Positions 1-638 of a DNA stretch of 638 nt are shown piece after piece. The stretch comes from Escherichia coli. Lineage in GTDB: Bacteria; Pseudomonadota; Gammaproteobacteria; Enterobacterales; Enterobacteriaceae. The stretch's first letter is position 1. Each line of letters starts with the position of its first letter. Both the position numbers and the translations under genes were made by a program. The notes below the pieces were generated by a model. It was not told where the DNA came from. It saw nothing but the letters and a program-made list of their open reading frames with translations, and ran no database searches. The DNA lies in NCBI RefSeq assembly GCF_003334385.1, contig NZ_QOWN01000157.1; one strand, given 5' to 3'.

Positions 1-638
1 TCAGAGCAGTCACCGCGGGTGGTGCTCTGGGAAATCGACCTGACGGTACAGGGCGGTGAGCGGTATTTTTTCTGTAATGAGCTGAATGAAAAAGGGGAGC
101 CGGTGACCTGGCAGGGGCGGCAATATCAGGCGTACCCGATTGAGGGGAGTGGCTTTGAGATGAACGGAAAGGGCAGCAGTGCCCGCCCGTCGCTGACGGT
201 GTCCAATCTGTTTGGTCTTGTCACCGGAATGGCGGAGGATTTGCAGAGCCTGGTGGGGGCCACGGTGGTCCGCCGCCGGGTGTATGCCCGTTTTCTGGAT
301 GCGGTGAATTTCGTTGCGGGCAATCCGGAGGCGGACCCGGAGCAGGAGCTGAGTGACCGCTGGGTGGTGGAGCAGATGTCGGAGCTGACAGCCATGACGG
401 CCTCGTTTGTGCTGGCGACACCGACGGAGACGGACGGTGCGCTGTTTCCCGGTCGCATCATGCTGGCGAACACCTGTATGTGGGATTACCGGGGAGATGA
501 ATGCGGGTATAACGGTCCTGCGGTGGCGGATGAGTTCGACAACCCCACCACGGATATCCGTAAGGACAGATGCAGCAAGTGCATGCGCGGGTGTGAACTG
601 CGCAGGAATGTCGGCAATTTTGGCGGTTTCCTTTCCAT
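1..638 (+). CDS. L: Phage minor tail protein L (lambda gpL family, tail-tip assembly protein); partial at both 5' and 3' ends, internal fragment in frame 1
   Basis: Seen in sequence: frame +1 (codons 1-3, 4-6, ...) is open for all 212 complete codons, with no in-frame stop. The translation contains long stretches I recognise from lambda gpL, recalled from memory and not from a database search: VVLWEIDLT, GERYFFCNE, EKGEPVTWQGRQYQ, GSGFE, NGKG, RP(S/T)LTVSNL, VTGMAED, QSLVG, TVVRR, VYARFLDAVNFV, ADPEQE, ASFVL, TPTETDGA, FPGRIMLANTC, YRGDECGY, GPAVADE, CSKC and RNVGNFGGFLS. Codon usage is GC3-rich and enterobacterial-phage-like. No start codon is expected in the window because the N-terminus lies upstream. 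Confidence 0.92.
475..594 (+). other. Cysteine-rich C-terminal region of gpL-like protein (5 Cys within 40 codons), a candidate iron-sulfur cluster binding segment
   Basis: Seen in sequence: Cys codons at 475-477 (tgt), 502-504 (tgc), 571-573 (tgc), 580-582 (tgc) and 592-594 (tgt), in the context TCMWDYRGDECGY...DRCSKCMRGCEL. Established knowledge: the C-terminal domain of lambda gpL-family tail tip proteins has been reported to coordinate an iron-sulfur cluster through conserved cysteines. Which four of the five act as ligands is not determinable from sequence alone. Confidence 0.6.

Noticed and set aside
62-96. Locally AT-rich stretch (ggtattttttctgtaatgagctgaatgaaaaagg) that could resemble a promoter or terminator U-tract
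   Set aside because: It encodes the conserved gpL peptide YFFCNELNEK in frame. It has no preceding GC-rich hairpin and no convincing -35/-10 pair, so it is explained by coding constraints.
249-258. Near-Chi sequence (cctggtgg; also gctgggtgg around 359-367)
   Set aside because: Neither matches the canonical 8-mer GCTGGTGG exactly: one has a mismatch and the other an inserted G. They more likely reflect Gly/Val/Trp codons in a GC-rich gene.
221-421. Minus-strand 66-aa Pro/Gly-rich ORF from the supplied track
   Set aside because: It is nested antisense within the gpL gene. The Pro/Gly/Ala-rich composition is the expected artefact of reading GC-rich coding DNA in reverse, and nothing supports expression.
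126-473. Minus-strand 115-aa ORF from the supplied track
   Set aside because: It lies entirely antisense to the strongly supported gpL coding frame. Its translation is low-complexity (Ser/Thr/Ala/Arg-rich) with no recognisable domain, typical of a chance open frame opposite a GC-rich gene.
490-498. RGD tripeptide (codons cgg-gga-gat) within YRGDECGY
   Set aside because: RGD is an integrin-binding motif in eukaryotic adhesion proteins. Here it sits inside the conserved Cys-rich domain of a phage tail protein, is also present in lambda gpL as I recall it, and is most likely structural or coincidental.
1-638. Possibility of a novel defence or accessory system in this window
   Set aside because: The whole window is accounted for by a single conserved phage structural gene. 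There is no intergenic space, unexplained ORF, repeat array or RNA structure that would support such a claim.

Overview
The whole 638-bp window is an internal fragment of a single plus-strand gene, read in frame 1 with no stop codon across 212 codons. Its translation (SEQSPRVVLWEIDLTVQGGERYFFCNELNEKGEPVTWQGRQYQAYPIEGSGF...RIMLANTCMWDYRGDECGYNGPAVADEFDNPTTDIRKDRCSKCMRGCELRRNVGNFGGFLS) is recognisable as a homolog of bacteriophage lambda minor tail protein L (gpL), a tail-tip assembly protein. The gene is truncated at both ends by the window, missing roughly 15-20 codons at each end if its length is lambda-like. The two minus-strand ORFs in the supplied track lie antisense to this gene and are judged spurious. 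I see no RNA gene, CRISPR array, mobile-element terminus or convincing regulatory site. I do not find evidence for a novel system here: this is a conserved structural gene of a lambdoid phage or prophage tail module. The most noteworthy details are the C-terminal cysteine cluster, which matches the gpL family's reported iron-sulfur domain, and the moderate divergence from lambda itself.
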